Shown here piece after piece: positions 14,201-29,200 of a stretch of DNA of 64,000 nt. The stretch is from positions 15,324-79,323 of the forward strand of contig JAUCBJ010008370.1 in NCBI GenBank assembly GCA_032718475.1. Direction: 5' to 3'. Under the pieces are notes generated by a model that was not told where the DNA came from, ran no database searches, and saw only the letters and a list, made by a program, of their open reading frames with translations. Every line of letters begins with the position of its first letter. Within the stretch, counting starts at the first letter, position 1. The stretch comes from Nemertoderma westbladi (Eukaryota > Animalia > Xenacoelomorpha). The position numbers were made by a program, and so were the translations under genes.

Positions 14201-17200
14201 TTCCCGGCCCAGGAGTCCCGTTTTCCCATCTCTGCCATCTTTCCCTTTCCCACCACGATCTCCCACCGTAGTAGATCCTTTTGGACCCCGATATCCCAAC
14301 TGACCGGGAGCACCCCTGACTCCCACGTCACCTGGGGTTCCATGGTTACCTTAACAACAAATATTATTTAGAATATAAAAATTATGAAGACTTCAGAGCA
14401 GAGCCCCTAAAAGTATTAAAAAAAGGACAATAACTATAGTACTCTATGTGCATTAATGGCTACAGTCTTACTAAATAGTTCTAAATAAAAATAATGTTAA
14501 TCTTTTAATCCGGAAAGAACAAAAACATTAAAAGACAAAATATACATTTTTATTAATGTTTCATTTATTGAAATGATGTCAACAAGTTGTCGAGAAAAAG
14601 TAGCTAAATTATTTATAAGATAAAATTGTTAATATATGGAAACCGGCATAATAAACCTGTTTGAATCTTTCTACATGGCCTCACTAACAAACTCCACTGA
14701 CCACAAGTTAATATGAAATTGTTCGTACCGGTGGCAGTAAAGATAAGACATACGATGGAAAAAAATCAAATGAGATGATAAAAACATATTTATTCTTCAT
14801 ATTTTTGACCAGTGAATAAATTTGCAATGGTTTTTCTGTAAACAGAAATAATGAGCTGTTTTATGAACGTCATGTAATTATTAAGGCTTGTTCCATTGTG
14901 GAAAGTAGTTTCTTCTAGCAAAACAATTTATTGTTCCGTACAACCCCAACGAACCCACCTTGTTCTCCTGTTTCCCCTGGGTTCCCAGGAATCGGCCATC
15001 TCCCTGGGGGGCCTCTCCCACCATCTGGTCCTTCCACTCCATCCACACCTTTGGGACCAACACCTCCCTTCTCCCCATCCATTCCGTATCTCCCAGTGCG
15101 ACCTTTTCGACCTTGATCACCGCGCTCCCCTTTGGGGCCCGGATGACCCCCTTTCGAATCCTGAAAAGGACAGAAAATATACCTATAAGTGGGCCGGGGG
15201 CGGGGTACTCTTGATGCAATAAAAAATCATAACAGCTGATTACCAGCAAAAATTAAACTGACACCCTAGTGGCTATAGTTTATTGTTTTAGTTAGATTAA
15301 TAATAACATAAGACAGTAACCACCCTCGCTAATAATTAACATTGATAATGGGATTTACTTCAAGTTCCCCTGCTGTCTCGAATAATAATAATAATATACA
15401 AATGAAACTGTGTCATACTAGGGTGGATACAACTGGGTAATTCCTATTTACCGCCTTGGCCTCACGGGAATAACTGCCACCTGATAAGTTGATGGCACCA
15501 GTGGAAGGCAAACAGCGTGACCATAGATGAACGGATTTGAGAATACCTAAAGCCAATGCGTCCTTTAGAGTTATCCTTTAAAGTTACCCTTATTAAAGGA
15601 CGCCTTGACTACAGAGGTAAGGTATTTTAATTAATTTCTAGAACTCGTCTTGTGTATTCACCAGTTGCTATAGAGTGGACGATAGCCATTAAATGCTAAG
15701 CCGTCACTCACAACACAACAATTTAACTTATTATTATTATAGATTACAGAGGGATTGACACTTCTCAGCTCCAGTTGAAAACATTAATTGTGGTGTCAAA
15801 AGACGCGCAAGTCTCTCCGCTTTCAATTGATATGAGCCACGTGTGAAATGATTGAGATTTAATAGGTATTTGAATCGATAAAAAATCCCTATCCATAGAA
15901 ACCAAGATAAAAAATTATCAGAGCACTGCGTAATGACGTCAAATATGTAGCAGCCAATCACAGCCGATTTTCAAATTTGTACTCCCGCTCTTACATAAAC
16001 CCGCCATTTCGAACGTTCCACGAGTTTTACAAAAAACACACCCCAACACGACTCGATTCAGAGCATCTTCTTACCCCTTTTTCAATTGTTTCTAGCCTAA
16101 CAATTTTTTGGCGCACCAACCCTAATGTCATAGTGTCCTTGAATAAGAGAGCTACGGCCAATGGAGAGGAATAAGTGGTACTCCAAACACAAACACAATC
16201 TGGTTAACTCTGAAAAGTGATACTTTTTCACAAAATAATGTAATATATATAGCTATTACTGGCTAGAAAATAACTTAAATCAGTATATTGTAATATGCAC
16301 TGAAAAACTATAAATTACATAAATTAAAAGTCCTCTGTACTGTACAAAGAAAAATGTATTAAAAACTAGAAATAATTTCTTTTTTTTGTAGACGGAGAAA
16401 ATGCATTAAATCTTGGTACCTTAACAAGCAAGTTAGACTCACCTTGGGAGGGGGTCCGGGTGGGCCAGACACCCCACGGTCGCCTTCCAGCCCTGCAGCA
16501 CCAGAGTCACCCTTATATCCTCTTCTACCAAAGTAGCCACTATCTCCGATATCACCTTGTTCCCCTTTGTAACCAGTCGGGCCAATTAAACCTTTATTCC
16601 CTTTCACTCCCTAATTATAACGAACGTAAGTAACCATGGTAATTATTGGCCTCAATCATGAACCTCAACAGAATAAGGAATAATATAAATGATTAATTAT
16701 GTTGTTGTAAACATTTACTAGATGGTATATTCCGAATGTTTTTAGATTTTGTCTTAATATTAAGGCATATGAACTCTTTACAATTACCTGAAAACCTTCT
16801 GGTCCAGGTCTCCCACGGACTCCAGTACTTCCTCTTCTTCCTACCTTTCCATCGTCTCCGGGTAGACCCTCCACTCCTTTCAAACCTTCACTGCCTTTTA
16901 TTCCCTTTTTTCCTTCGCTACCTTGTAATCCCTTGGGTGCGGCGATGACTATAAAATTATATCAAATACTGAAGAAGTTGATAGAAACATTGAATGTTAT
17001 TTATACGGTGGCTGATTGCGGCCAATTATTTCCAATGTTTTAATGTTTTCACCCGGGTGAAAAATATTAATATCACCCGGGTGAGTACACAAAATCAAAT
17101 TAAATACGATGGCATCACCATCACACTGACACTCAGATACTACACTACACAACAGTCACCACACAAAACAAGGTTATAATCAATTCATATTTCCCGCCCC

Positions 17201-20200
17201 CAACGTACTTCCCATGGTGATATTCTACTATTGGTGGGGGGAAATTTGAATTCTGTAAACACAGGCACTCAGGTAACCTGCTGGCTGCTGCCCGTCTGGC
17301 CAGACTAGCAGAGCAGTGCACAGTGAACAGAACATGCTGACATGGGCCTACGGTCTACGCCCATGGCATTCTAAAAGTCACTTATATAGAACGCCATACT
17401 GCCATATAGAATCGCCCGAATAATTATATAGCAAACCTAGGATTAGATAGCCTAATGATGGCTGTGGGAGATGGGTTGCCTAATCTTATTTATTGCTAAT
17501 CTAATTTTATGATTTGTCCTGGGGTAATATTTCAGTGAAGGATTCAAAACTTAATAGACCGGGGGCGGGGTCAAGATGCATGGCATAAAACTGTATTAGC
17601 ATTGAGTGAGTAAGACCACCACTGAGATACCCAACCCGATTAGAGCGCTGTTTTTCTAGTACCGTTCGCCCGGTACCGGTATGTACGTACTCACGTAGTG
17701 CGACAAGAGTCATTTTTGAATAGTTTTTCCTAAATGTGAAATTTTATGCACTAATCAGTCACCTTTGCTAACCTCACGTTTGATGTAAAAGTGCCCGTGC
17801 GAGGTCTACATAAAATCCGGTCCGTGGAAAACCCGACCCAAATGCTAGTCTGTTGGGAATACCGGATCGGGCGGGTTAGTAAATATCTTAACTTCGTTTA
17901 TTGTTTTGGTTCCCCCAACTCGGCTCTGTTTCACCTTATTGATTCTAAGACTCTAAGATTCTAAGTCATAATAATAATATAACTATCTAAGAAAATAATG
18001 GCAACTTATACAGCAAAGGATTCATTATCCAACGTACAGGATAAGGTTGTCATAGTAACGGGGGCTAGCAGCGGAATCGGTGCGGCGACCACAGTCCTTT
18101 TATCGTCGATGGGAGCGAATGTTGTAGCGGTAGCTAACGAACCAATGGAAGCCACTGAGTCACAATGCGCTCCAGATCAGATACTAACAATCCAAACTGA
18201 CTTGCGACAGGTCCATAACTGTAGATACGTCATAAATACGGCTATTAGTAAGTTCAACAAGATCGACGGTTTAGTAAACGTCGCCGGAATCGCCAAACTC
18301 GCCGATTTAGCGACGACCACGCCGGAAGATTTCGAAGAAATATTCGATATCAACGTTAAGGCCATGTTCTTTCTAACTCAGTTTGCTGTACCCCATCTGG
18401 AGCATACCCGAGGAGCTGTCGTCAATGTCTCCAGTACCGCCTCTTTGATACCTTCAGTAAAGATGTTCGCCTACTCTATGAGTAAAGCGGCTGTGGATCA
18501 AATGACGCGCTGCGCCGCTGAGCAGCTCTCCGTTAAACAGATAAGGTGAGTCGCAGGTTCTCCGGTCAAGTCTGCTAGTAAACAACGGGTTGACGAATGG
18601 GGGACTAGTCGGCCATCCTCAGTCCTTCGGTACTCTTGTGCCCTAACTGTAGCGGCTGGCCCACAACGGCAATACGGTACCCATCGTTTTCACAACAATA
18701 ATGTCAAACTTATTTATAGCAGGAAGGAAGGTATTGGGAGTATTTATTACGTTCCCAGGTTATCGGATTAGCATGAAAAATACTGCAGAGTTAACTGCGC
18801 GTTTAACATAGATGAGTAAGATTTTGTTGTGAAAACTATGTCCCTTGTGCGCCACCTCTACGGCTACTCAAACATAATTCAATTTATTTTAATCGTAAGC
18901 TTAAGCAGTATGACTTTTGGATTGGCCATGGCCAGTACGTTGACTATAGCCTGCTCCGCTTGTCACATTAAGGAAACTTAAATACAATAAAATTGTATAT
19001 TTAGTTCAATAAAAATTAAAATTGTAAGTTCAATAATAAGTATTTATATACAAAAAGGAAGTAAAAATTATTTGCCCGACTTTTAATCGGAATTTTTGAG
19101 GAATAGTAAATTAAAAAGCATATTTTTCGAAAATAGGGGGGACTTTTGACGCAATAAAAGTAAAAAGGGAATTGTTGTGGTGTCAGTGACACGGTGAATT
19201 AAATATATAATGTAAATAGGACAATATGATAATGCTCTCCATAGCGAAAAATATTTGACATTTTTCGCTATGGAGAGCATTATCATATTGTCCTATTTAC
19301 ATTAAAATATTTAAAAATAAAAAGGGGAACTTCGACGGAAATAACAGCTGATTACTCCTAAAAATAAACTAACCTGTTCTATTGTGTTTAGTTTATTGTT
19401 TTGGTTAAAATAACGCGCTATTGAAACCTGGTCCTTTCCCTAAATTGAGAATTTAACATTGAGGCGGGATATTAATTCGCCGAGATGAAATTTGCGCCCA
19501 TTAGGGTGAAGGCCGCTTAATAAATTTTAGTTAATTCAAAACTAAAATTTCAACAGCTGAATTTTTTCGTTCCAGAGTGAACTCAGTTAACCCGACTACC
19601 ATAGGAGATACGCCTATACTGGTCCGACACGGGATGACTTTAGCAGAACGTGACATTTGGAATCAGCGTGTAGCTAACTCGCTACCATTAGCTAGAGTAG
19701 GTAATTCTAGCGAAGTTGGCTCCGCTATAGTTTATCTACTATCTGACTGCGCCGCATTCATTACCGGTGTCTGTCTGCCAATAGATGGAGGCCAGTATAA
19801 CAGATGGGTCTTAAATACAACTGATTAACACTGTAGGCTCAAGTTGAAAGCCTTATAAACCAAAATGATGTATGTTCTAATTTCGTTTTGAATTAATTAT
19901 GTATTCATAATATTCCAGCTATGCATAAGATTGATATATGATTGAATACATATTAATTTTGTTACATTATGTGAAGGTTCAAGGTTATTAGTTATTGTAG
20001 GTAAGGTTGTTTACCGTTCTTTTTTTGGGTAACTATACTAATTATTGTATAAAAAGGATGAATTTACAGAATCAAAATTCCTGAACGTAAACACATTATG
20101 ATATTATATAAAATATTGAAGGTAATAATTAAGTATTCAAAACGGCGATATGTTGACTTAAAGGTAGGTTATGATCCTTGTATAGTTATGTAAACCTCAC

Positions 20201-23200
20201 TCGCTGCGCTCGCTCGGTGCATAAATACACTCGGGTCATAATGCTGAAGAGTGCTACTTTGCACACAATGATGTAAATCGTTTGCAGAAATTCCATATAC
20301 AAAATTTTTAAACTCTTCCTATATATTATATTAGCAGACTCACCTTTTATAAATAGTTAATATATTGAATTAAATATAGTTTAATATTAATTTCTTCTCT
20401 GTGTGTAATTTCAATTATTTCAGTGTTGACATTGTTTGTAAAAAAATAAGCGATGGCGTCGGAAAAGGGAAAAGCGATGGTCAGCAGGTCCAGATCGTTG
20501 TAAGGAAGCTATTGGATGCGCAAAGCCGTATTGTGCCAAAACATATCATATGTTGTACCTCTAATTGCTACAATGTGGATAAAATTATACTTTATACTAA
20601 CTCTGTGGTGGCCAATCAATTCCTTTATATCCTTTGTATCCACGGAGACCTTTATCCCCTTTCCTCCCATAATTACTGTCTCCCTTTGCCCCTTTGCTTC
20701 CGTAACTTCCCCTCACACCTTCTTCACCACGGTCGCCACGATTCCCGTTCAATCCGTCCATTCCGTTATGACCTGCTTCTCCTGTAACAATCATTAGTAA
20801 CAATCTTATAATAGCTGGGATATACAATAACTTTAACATAAACTTGTTTTCTTGTTCTTATTTTCAAGTCGACCTAAAATACGCCATAAAATAAAGTATA
20901 CTCAATGATGGTGTATGGGGTGCTATATATCACGGCGTGAAATAAAGAAACAGTATTCTTTCAGTATGATTGTCGCTGAGGTAGGCCTAATAGTTAGTCA
21001 TTTATCACAGATGAAGAGCAGACAGCAGAAGTCTGTCGCTGCCTGCGTCTAGTAGGCCTACACATCCTGTAAGCTGGAGACCACACACACTACATCGGTA
21101 GTTACCGGTCCCGTACCGGTACCGATATAATATAGATTCAAATTAATAAAACATCGAAACTACAAAATAAAGCGATATATTCAATTTAAATAAAGTACCC
21201 TTATTTCACTATCCGGGTCTCGTTTCATATTTCATTCACTCGCTTGGGTCGTTCGTGGAAATATTCCCACTCGAGCCGGCGTGAAATACAGTGTTACTTT
21301 ATTTAAATCAAATAAAGTTAGTATTCGTTAGGTAGTACCGTTGTATTTATGCCACTTAAAATATTAAACACGTTCCTTTTGTGGTACCTTAGCCCAGGAT
21401 GTAGAAGGCAAGCTTTACAATACGGAAGCCCGTAAGGGCCACATTATATTAACTGCTGATAATTATACTGCTGATAGTCCACAGGATTTGAAGTTAATAT
21501 AATGTGGCCCTTTTGGGCTTCCGTAGGTACCACACTATTTCAACAGTTGCCTAGTAGCCCTGCCCTCTAGCGGGATACTAGAGAACTGCTCAATCCCCTT
21601 ACTCAAATTTTATTTCAGACTTTCCACAGACGAGGGATGAAACAGCGGTACGCTAAGCTCACTTAAATCGTCGCACAAATCGTTTTCAAGTTCTTCGTAA
21701 ACAAGAATCGATACTTAAAATTTATGTTATTTTATTTCGGTCTCGGAAGCCGGACAATTTGTTCCTGATAATTCGATAGCGGACAGTTCAGTCCCATTAT
21801 TGTGAACTTTTAGTAACGAATTGTTGGTGAAGACGCCGTAAATTTCATTTGGCAATTAGAACTGAAATTCTTCAGTATTTATTTCCAATAAGAAATGAGT
21901 TATCCTTCTCCCTTGAAGTCCTTTTAATGAGTATTTTGAACTTTTTTCAATTCCAGCAGTGATTCATTAGTATTCCTATAGTAGACGAGGCACAATCCTT
22001 GCATTGCCAATTGCCTCTATTTATTATACTATTAATTGCTTTCCAATCCAATTCAGTTCATATTATAACATCAACACAATGTAACATTGTAACCGTCTAA
22101 TGATAAAATCAGCATCATTCAGTCTACACTTAAAACCACACCAGGACTTCCAACACAAAATTTGATTAATAAAAGAACGAATTTTTGTTTGAAATCTGCT
22201 TTTGAAATTCTGGGTGTTTCGGCTTTTCACAGCGTTTACACCCTTTGCAGAGCTATAATAGCATAGCATATTTAAACAATAATATTATATTTATATGTAA
22301 AGAATTGTAATTTCTCTTGTTAGTAAATAAAGACCTATTTTATTCCCATTTAAACTCTGTGCCGATCTACTGATCTATGCCGCTTTTACATATCTAGTTT
22401 TCGGGCAGGCGACGAAGTAAGCGAGTTTTGCATATGACCGTTTGTCTGTCGGTCGGTCTGTCTATCGGCTATTATTTGAAGGCTAATAACTCTCAGTCAA
22501 TCTTTGTTAGAATTAAACCAAAGTCGGTACACATGCGCAGTCTGTCGAAAGTCTCAAATATATTTGCGTGGGGGGACTCCCACTCCGTATTTCCCAATTC
22601 TCCAGCAAGAGGGCAACTATGCAAGTAGCAAAGTACTACTGCTATGCAAGTACTCAGTTTTGTCGAAATAGGCCTACTGTTGTGGACTGGTTCTATTTGA
22701 TAACCCGATACGAAAATAGGTTGGATATCTGATGTGACTGATAAATCATTATGAGATCGCGCTTGAATGCGATAGTTTGCCCTCCCAAGTTCCGGTGGGT
22801 GAGTCACAATATTTATTTACACGCTTTCTACACGCTTTTGAACAAAGTGTATCTTACATAAAAAAAAAACAATATCTAAAATGTCGTAGTGTCCGAGTTG
22901 ATACGGCGCTTGAACCGCTTTACACAGTAGAAAAGCGCTATATAAATAATCAATATTATTATTATTATTATTAAATTATTTAAAATTATTTATGTACAAA
23001 ATAGACTGCGTTAGAACCATGATTATTGCTTCTCCTACCTGGTTCTCCATCATCACCAGTATCTCCAAGTTCCCCCGGTCTCCCATCGAGTATCAGACTT
23101 TCATCGACAACCCCCGGGTCGCCAGGTGGCCCTCTATCTCCACGGTAACCAGTCGGCCCGATAGGACCTTTCACATTGTCCCCGCGTTTACCTACCTCCC

Positions 23201-26200
23201 CCTGTAACGATTTGTTTCAATTAATTTAATCTGTCTTAAAAATTATTTAATAATTATTTTATTTTCTTGTGTTGACTGTTAGATGTTTTTTTACGTATTG
23301 CATAGGCCGAGAACATGGCTATTATTAATCATAGATTTTAATTTGTAATTTGCATTTATGTAACTATAATTTCAAATTTGTAAATCATAATGGCCTTTGT
23401 ATCTTTGTTTCCTAGTCTACAAACTTACATTAGTTCCATTGTTTCTTGTCTACAAACTTACATTAGTTCCGTTGTTACCTGGTCTACAAACTTAAATTAG
23501 TTCCATTGTTTCCTGGTCTACAAACTAACATTAGTTCCGTTGTTTCTTGTCTACAAACTGACATTAGTTCCGTTGTTTCTTGTTTACAAACTTACATTAG
23601 TTCCGTTGTTACCTGGTCTACAAACTTAAATTAGTTCCATTGTTTCCTGGTCTACAAACTGACATTAGTTCCATTGTTTCCTGGTCTACAAACTGACATT
23701 AGTTCCATTGTTTCCTGGTCTACAAACTGACATTAGTTCCATTGTTTCCTGGTCTACAAACTTAAATTAGTTCCATTGTTTCCTGGTCTACAAACTAACA
23801 TTAGTTCCGTTGTTTCTTGTCTACAAACTGACATTAGTTCCGTTGTTTCTTGTTTACAAACTTACATTAGTTCCGTTGTTACCTGGTCTACAAACTTAAA
23901 TTAGTTCCATTGTTTCCTGGTCTACAAACTTACATTAGTTCCGTTGTTTCCTGGTCTACAAACTGACATTAGTTCCATTGTTTCCTGGTCTACAAACTGA
24001 CATTAGTTCCATTGTTTCCTGGTCTACAAACTTAAATTAGTTCCATTGTTTCCTGGTCTACAAACTAACATTAGTTCCGTTGTTTCTTGTCTACAAACTG
24101 ACATTAGTTCCGTTGTTTCTTGTTTACAAACTTACATTAGTTCCATTGTTTCCTGGTCTACAAACTAACATTAGTTCCGTTGTTTCTTGTCTACAAACTG
24201 ACATTAGTTCCGTTGTTTCTTGTTTACAAACTTACATTAGTTCCGTTGTTACCTGGTCTACAAACTTAAATTAGTTCCATTGTTTCCTGGTCTACAAACT
24301 AACATTAGTTCCGTTGTTTCTTGTCTACAAACTGACATTAGTTCCGTTGTTTCTTGTTTACAAACTTACATTAGTTCCGTTGTTACCTGGTCTACAAACT
24401 TAAATTAGTTCCATTGTTTCCTGGTCTACAAACTTACATTAGTTCCGTTGTTTCTTGTCTACAAACTGACATTAGTTCCGTTGTTACCTGGTCTACAAAC
24501 TTAAATTAGTTCCATTGTTTCCTGGTCTACAAACTGACATTAGTTCCATTGTTTCTTGTCTACAAACTTACATTAGTTCCGTTGTTACCTGGTCTACAAA
24601 CTTAAATTAGTTCCATTGTTTCCTGGTCTACAAACTAACATTAGTTCCGTTGTTTCTTGTCTACAAACTGACATTAGTTCCGTTGTTTCTTGTTTACAAA
24701 CTTACATTAGTTCCGTTGTTACCTGGTCTACAAACTTAAATTAGTTCCATTGTTTCCTGGTCTACAAACTGACATTAGTTCCATTGTTTCCTGGTCTACA
24801 AACTAACATTAGTTCCGTTGTTTCTTGTCTACAAACTGACATTAGTTCCGTTGTTTCTTGTCTACAAACTGACATTAGTTCCGTTGTTTCTTGTTTACAA
24901 ACTTACATTAGTTCCGTTGTTACCTGGTCTACAAACTTAAATTAGTTCCATTGTTTCCTGGTCTACAAACTAACATTAGTTCCGTTGTTTCTTGTCTACA
25001 AACTGACATTAGTTCCGTTGTTTCTTGTTTACAAACTTACATTAGTTCCGTTGTTACCTGGTCTACAAACTTAAATTAGTTCCATTGTTTCCTGGTCTAC
25101 AAACTGACATTAGTTCCGTTGTTTCTTGTCTACAAACTGACATTAGTTCCGTTGTTACCTGGTCTACAAACTTAAATTAGTTCCATTGTTTCCTGGTCTA
25201 CAAACTGACATTAGTTCCATTGTTTCTTGTCTACAAACTTACATTAGTTCCGTTGTTACCTGGTCTACAAACTTAAATTAGTTCCATTGTTTCCTGGTCT
25301 ACAAACTAACATTAGTTCCGTTGTTTCTTGTCTACAAACTGACATTAGTTCCGTTGTTTCTTGTTTACAAACTTACATTAGTTCCGTTGTTACCTGGTCT
25401 ACAAACTTAAATTAGTTCCATTGTTTCCTGGTCTACAAACTGACATTAGTTCCATTGTTTCTTGTCTACAAACTTACATTAGTTCCGTTGTTTCCTGGTC
25501 TACAAACTTACATTAGTTCCGTTGTTTCCTGGTCTACAAACTTAAATTAGTTCCATTGTTTCCTGGTCTACAAACTGACATTAGTTCCGTTGTTTCCTGG
25601 TCTACAAACTTACATTAGTTCCGTTGTTTCCTGGTCTACAAACTTAAATTAGTTCCATTGTTTCCTGGTCTACAAACTTACATTAGTTCCGTTGTTTCCT
25701 GGTCTACAAACTTAAATTAGTTCCATTGTTTCCTGGTCTACAAACTGACATTAGTTCCGTTGTTTCTTGTCTACAAACTGACATTAGTTCCGTTGTTTCT
25801 TGTCTACAAACTGACATTAGTTCCGTTGTTTCTTGTCTACAAACTGACATTAGTTCCGTTGTTTCTTGTCTACAAACTTACATTAGTTCCGTTGTTTCCT
25901 GGTCTACAAACTTAAATTAGTTCCATTGTTTCCTGGTCTACAAACTGACATTAGTTCCGTTGTTTCCTGGTCTACAAACTGACATTAGTTCCATTGTTTC
26001 CTGGTCTACAAACTTACATTAGTTCCGTTGTTTCCTGGTCTACAAACTTAAATTAGTTCCATTGTTTCCTGGTCTACAAACTGACATTAGTTCCGTTGTT
26101 TCTTGTCTACAAACTGACATTAGTTCCGTTGTTTCCTGGTCTACAAACTTACATTAGTTCCGTTGTTTCCTGGTCTACAAACTTACATTAGTTCCGTTGT

Positions 26201-29200
26201 TTCCTGGTCTACAAACTTAAATTAGTTCCATTGTTTCCTGGTCTACAAACTGACATTAGTTCCGTTGTTTCTTGTCTACAAACTGACATTAGTTCCATTG
26301 TTTCCTGGTCTACAAACTGACATTAGTTCCGTTGTTTCTTGTCTACAAACTGACATTAGTTCCGTTGTTTCTTGTCTACAAACTTACATTAGTTCCGTTG
26401 TTTCCTGGTCTACAAACTTAAATTAGTTCCATTGTTTCCTGGTCTACAAACTGACATTAGTTCCGTTGTTTCTTGTCTACAAACTTAAATTAGTTCCATT
26501 GTTTCCTGGTCTACAAACTGACATTAGTTCCGTTGTTTCCTGGTCTACAAACTTACATTAGTTCCGTTGTTTCCTGGTCTACAAACTTAAATTAGTTCCA
26601 TTGTTTCCTGGTCTACAAACTTACATTAGTTCGATTGTTTCCTGGTCTACAAACTTAAATTAGTTCCATTGTTTCCTGGTCTACAAACTGACATTAGTTC
26701 CGTTGTTTCTTGTCTACAAACTGACATTAGTTCCGTTGTTTCTTGTCTACAAACTGACATTAGTTCCGTTGTTTCTTGTCTACAAACTGACATTAGTTCC
26801 GTTGTTTCTTGTCTACAAACTTACATTAGTTCCGTTGTTTCCTGGTCTACAAACTTAAATTAGTTCCATTGTTTCCTGGTCTACAAACTGACATTAGTTC
26901 CGTTGTTTCCTGGTCTACAAACTGACATTAGTTCCATTGTTTCCTGGTCTACAAACTTACATTAGTTCCGTTGTTTCCTGGTCTACAAACTTACATTAGT
27001 TCCGTTGTTTCCTGGTCTACAAACTTAAATTAGTTCCATTGTTTCCTGGTCTACAAACTGACATTAGTTCCGTTGTTTCTTGTCTACAAACTGACATTAG
27101 TTCCGTTGTTTCCTGGTCTACAAACTTACACTAGTTCCGTTGTTTCCTGGTCTACAAACTTACATTAGTTCCGTTGTTTCCTGGTCTACAAACTTAAATT
27201 AGTTCCATTGTTTCCTGGTCTACAAACTGACATTAGTTCCGTTGTTTCTTGTCTACAAACTGACATTAGTTCCATTGTTTCCTGGTCTACAAACTGACAT
27301 TAGTTCCGTTGTTTCTTGTCTACAAACTGACATTAGTTCCGTTGTTTCTTGTCTACAAACTTACATTAGTTCCGTTGTTTCCTGGTCTACAAACTTAAAT
27401 TAGTTCCATTGTTTCCTGGTCTACAAACTGACATTAGTTCCGTTGTTTCTTGTCTACAAACTGACATTAGTTCCGTTGTTTCTTGTCTACAAACTGACAT
27501 TAGTTCCATTGTTTCCTGGTCTACAAACTTACATTAGTTCCGTTGTTTCCTGGTCTACAAACTTACATTAGTTCCATTGTTACCTGGTCTACAAACTTAA
27601 ATTAGTTCCATTGTTTCCTGGTCTACAAACTGACATTAGTTCCGTTGTTTCTTGTCTACAAACTGACATTAGTTCCGTTGTTTCTTGTCTACAAACTGAC
27701 ATTAGTTCCGTTGTTTCTTGTCTACAAACTTACATTAGTTCCGTTGTTTCCTGGTCTACAAACTTAAATTAGTTCCATTGTTTCTTGTCTACAAACTTAC
27801 ATTAGTTCCGTTGTTTCTTGTCTACAAACTGACATTAGTTCCGTTGTTTCTTGTCTACAAACTTACATTAGTTCCGTTGTTTCCTGGTCTACAAACTTAA
27901 ATTAGTTCCGTTGTTTCCTGGTCTACAAACTGACATTAGTTCCGTTGTTTCCTGGTCTACAAACTTAAATTAGTTCCATTGTTTCCTGGTCTACAAACTG
28001 ACATTAGTTCCGTTGTTTCTTGTCTACAAACTGACATTAGTTCCGTTGTTTCTTGTCTACAAACTGACATTAGTTCCGTTGTTTCTTGTCTACAAACTTA
28101 CATTAGTTCCGTTGTTTCCTGGTCTACAAACTTAAATTAGTTCCATTGTTTCTTGTCTACAAACTTACATTAGTTCCGTTGTTTCTTGTCTACAAACTGA
28201 CATTAGTTCCGTTGTTTCTTGTCTACAAACTGACATTAGTTCCGTTGTTTCTTGTCTACAAACTTACATTAGTTCCGTTGTTTCCTGGTCTACAAACTTA
28301 AATTAGTTCCATTGTTTCCTGGTCTACAAACTGACATTAGTTCCATTGTTTCCTGGTCTACAAACTTAAATTAGTTCCATTGTTTCCTGGTCTACAAACT
28401 AACATTAGTTCCGTTGTTTCTTGTCTACAAACTTACATTAGTTCCATTGTTTATTGTCTACAAACTTACATTAGTTCCATTGTTTCCTGGTCTACAAACT
28501 TACATTAGTTCCGTTGTTTCTTGTCTACAAACTTACATTAGTTCCATTGTTTATTGTCTACAAACTTACATTAGTTCCATTGTTTCCTGGTCTACAAACT
28601 TACATTAGTTCCGTTGTTTCTTGTCTACAAACTTACATTAGTTCCATTGTTTATTGTCTACAAACTTACATTAGTTCCATTGTTTCCTGGTCTACAAACT
28701 TACATTAGTTCCATTGTTTCCTGGTCTACAAACTAACATTAGTTCCGTTGTTTCTTGTCTACAAACTTACATTAGTTCCATTGTTTATTGTCTACAAACT
28801 TACATTAGTTCCATTGTTTCCTGGTCTACAAACTTACATTAGTTCCATTGTTTCCTGGTCTACAAACTTACATTAGTTCCGTTGTTTCTTGTCTACAAAC
28901 TTACATTAGTTCCATTGTTTATTGTCTACAAACTTACATTAGTTCCATTGTTTCCTGGTCTACAAACTTACATTAGTTCCGTTGTTTCCTGGTCTACAAA
29001 CTTAAATTAGTTCCATTGTTTCCTGGTCTACAAACTGACATTAGTTCCGTTGTTTCTTGTCTACAAACTGACATTAGTTCCGTTGTTTCTTGTCTACAAA
29101 CTGACATTAGTTCCGTTGTTTCTTGTCTACAAACTGACATTAGTTCCGTTGTTTCTTGTCTACAAACTTACATTAGTTCCGTTGTTTCCTGGTCTACAAA

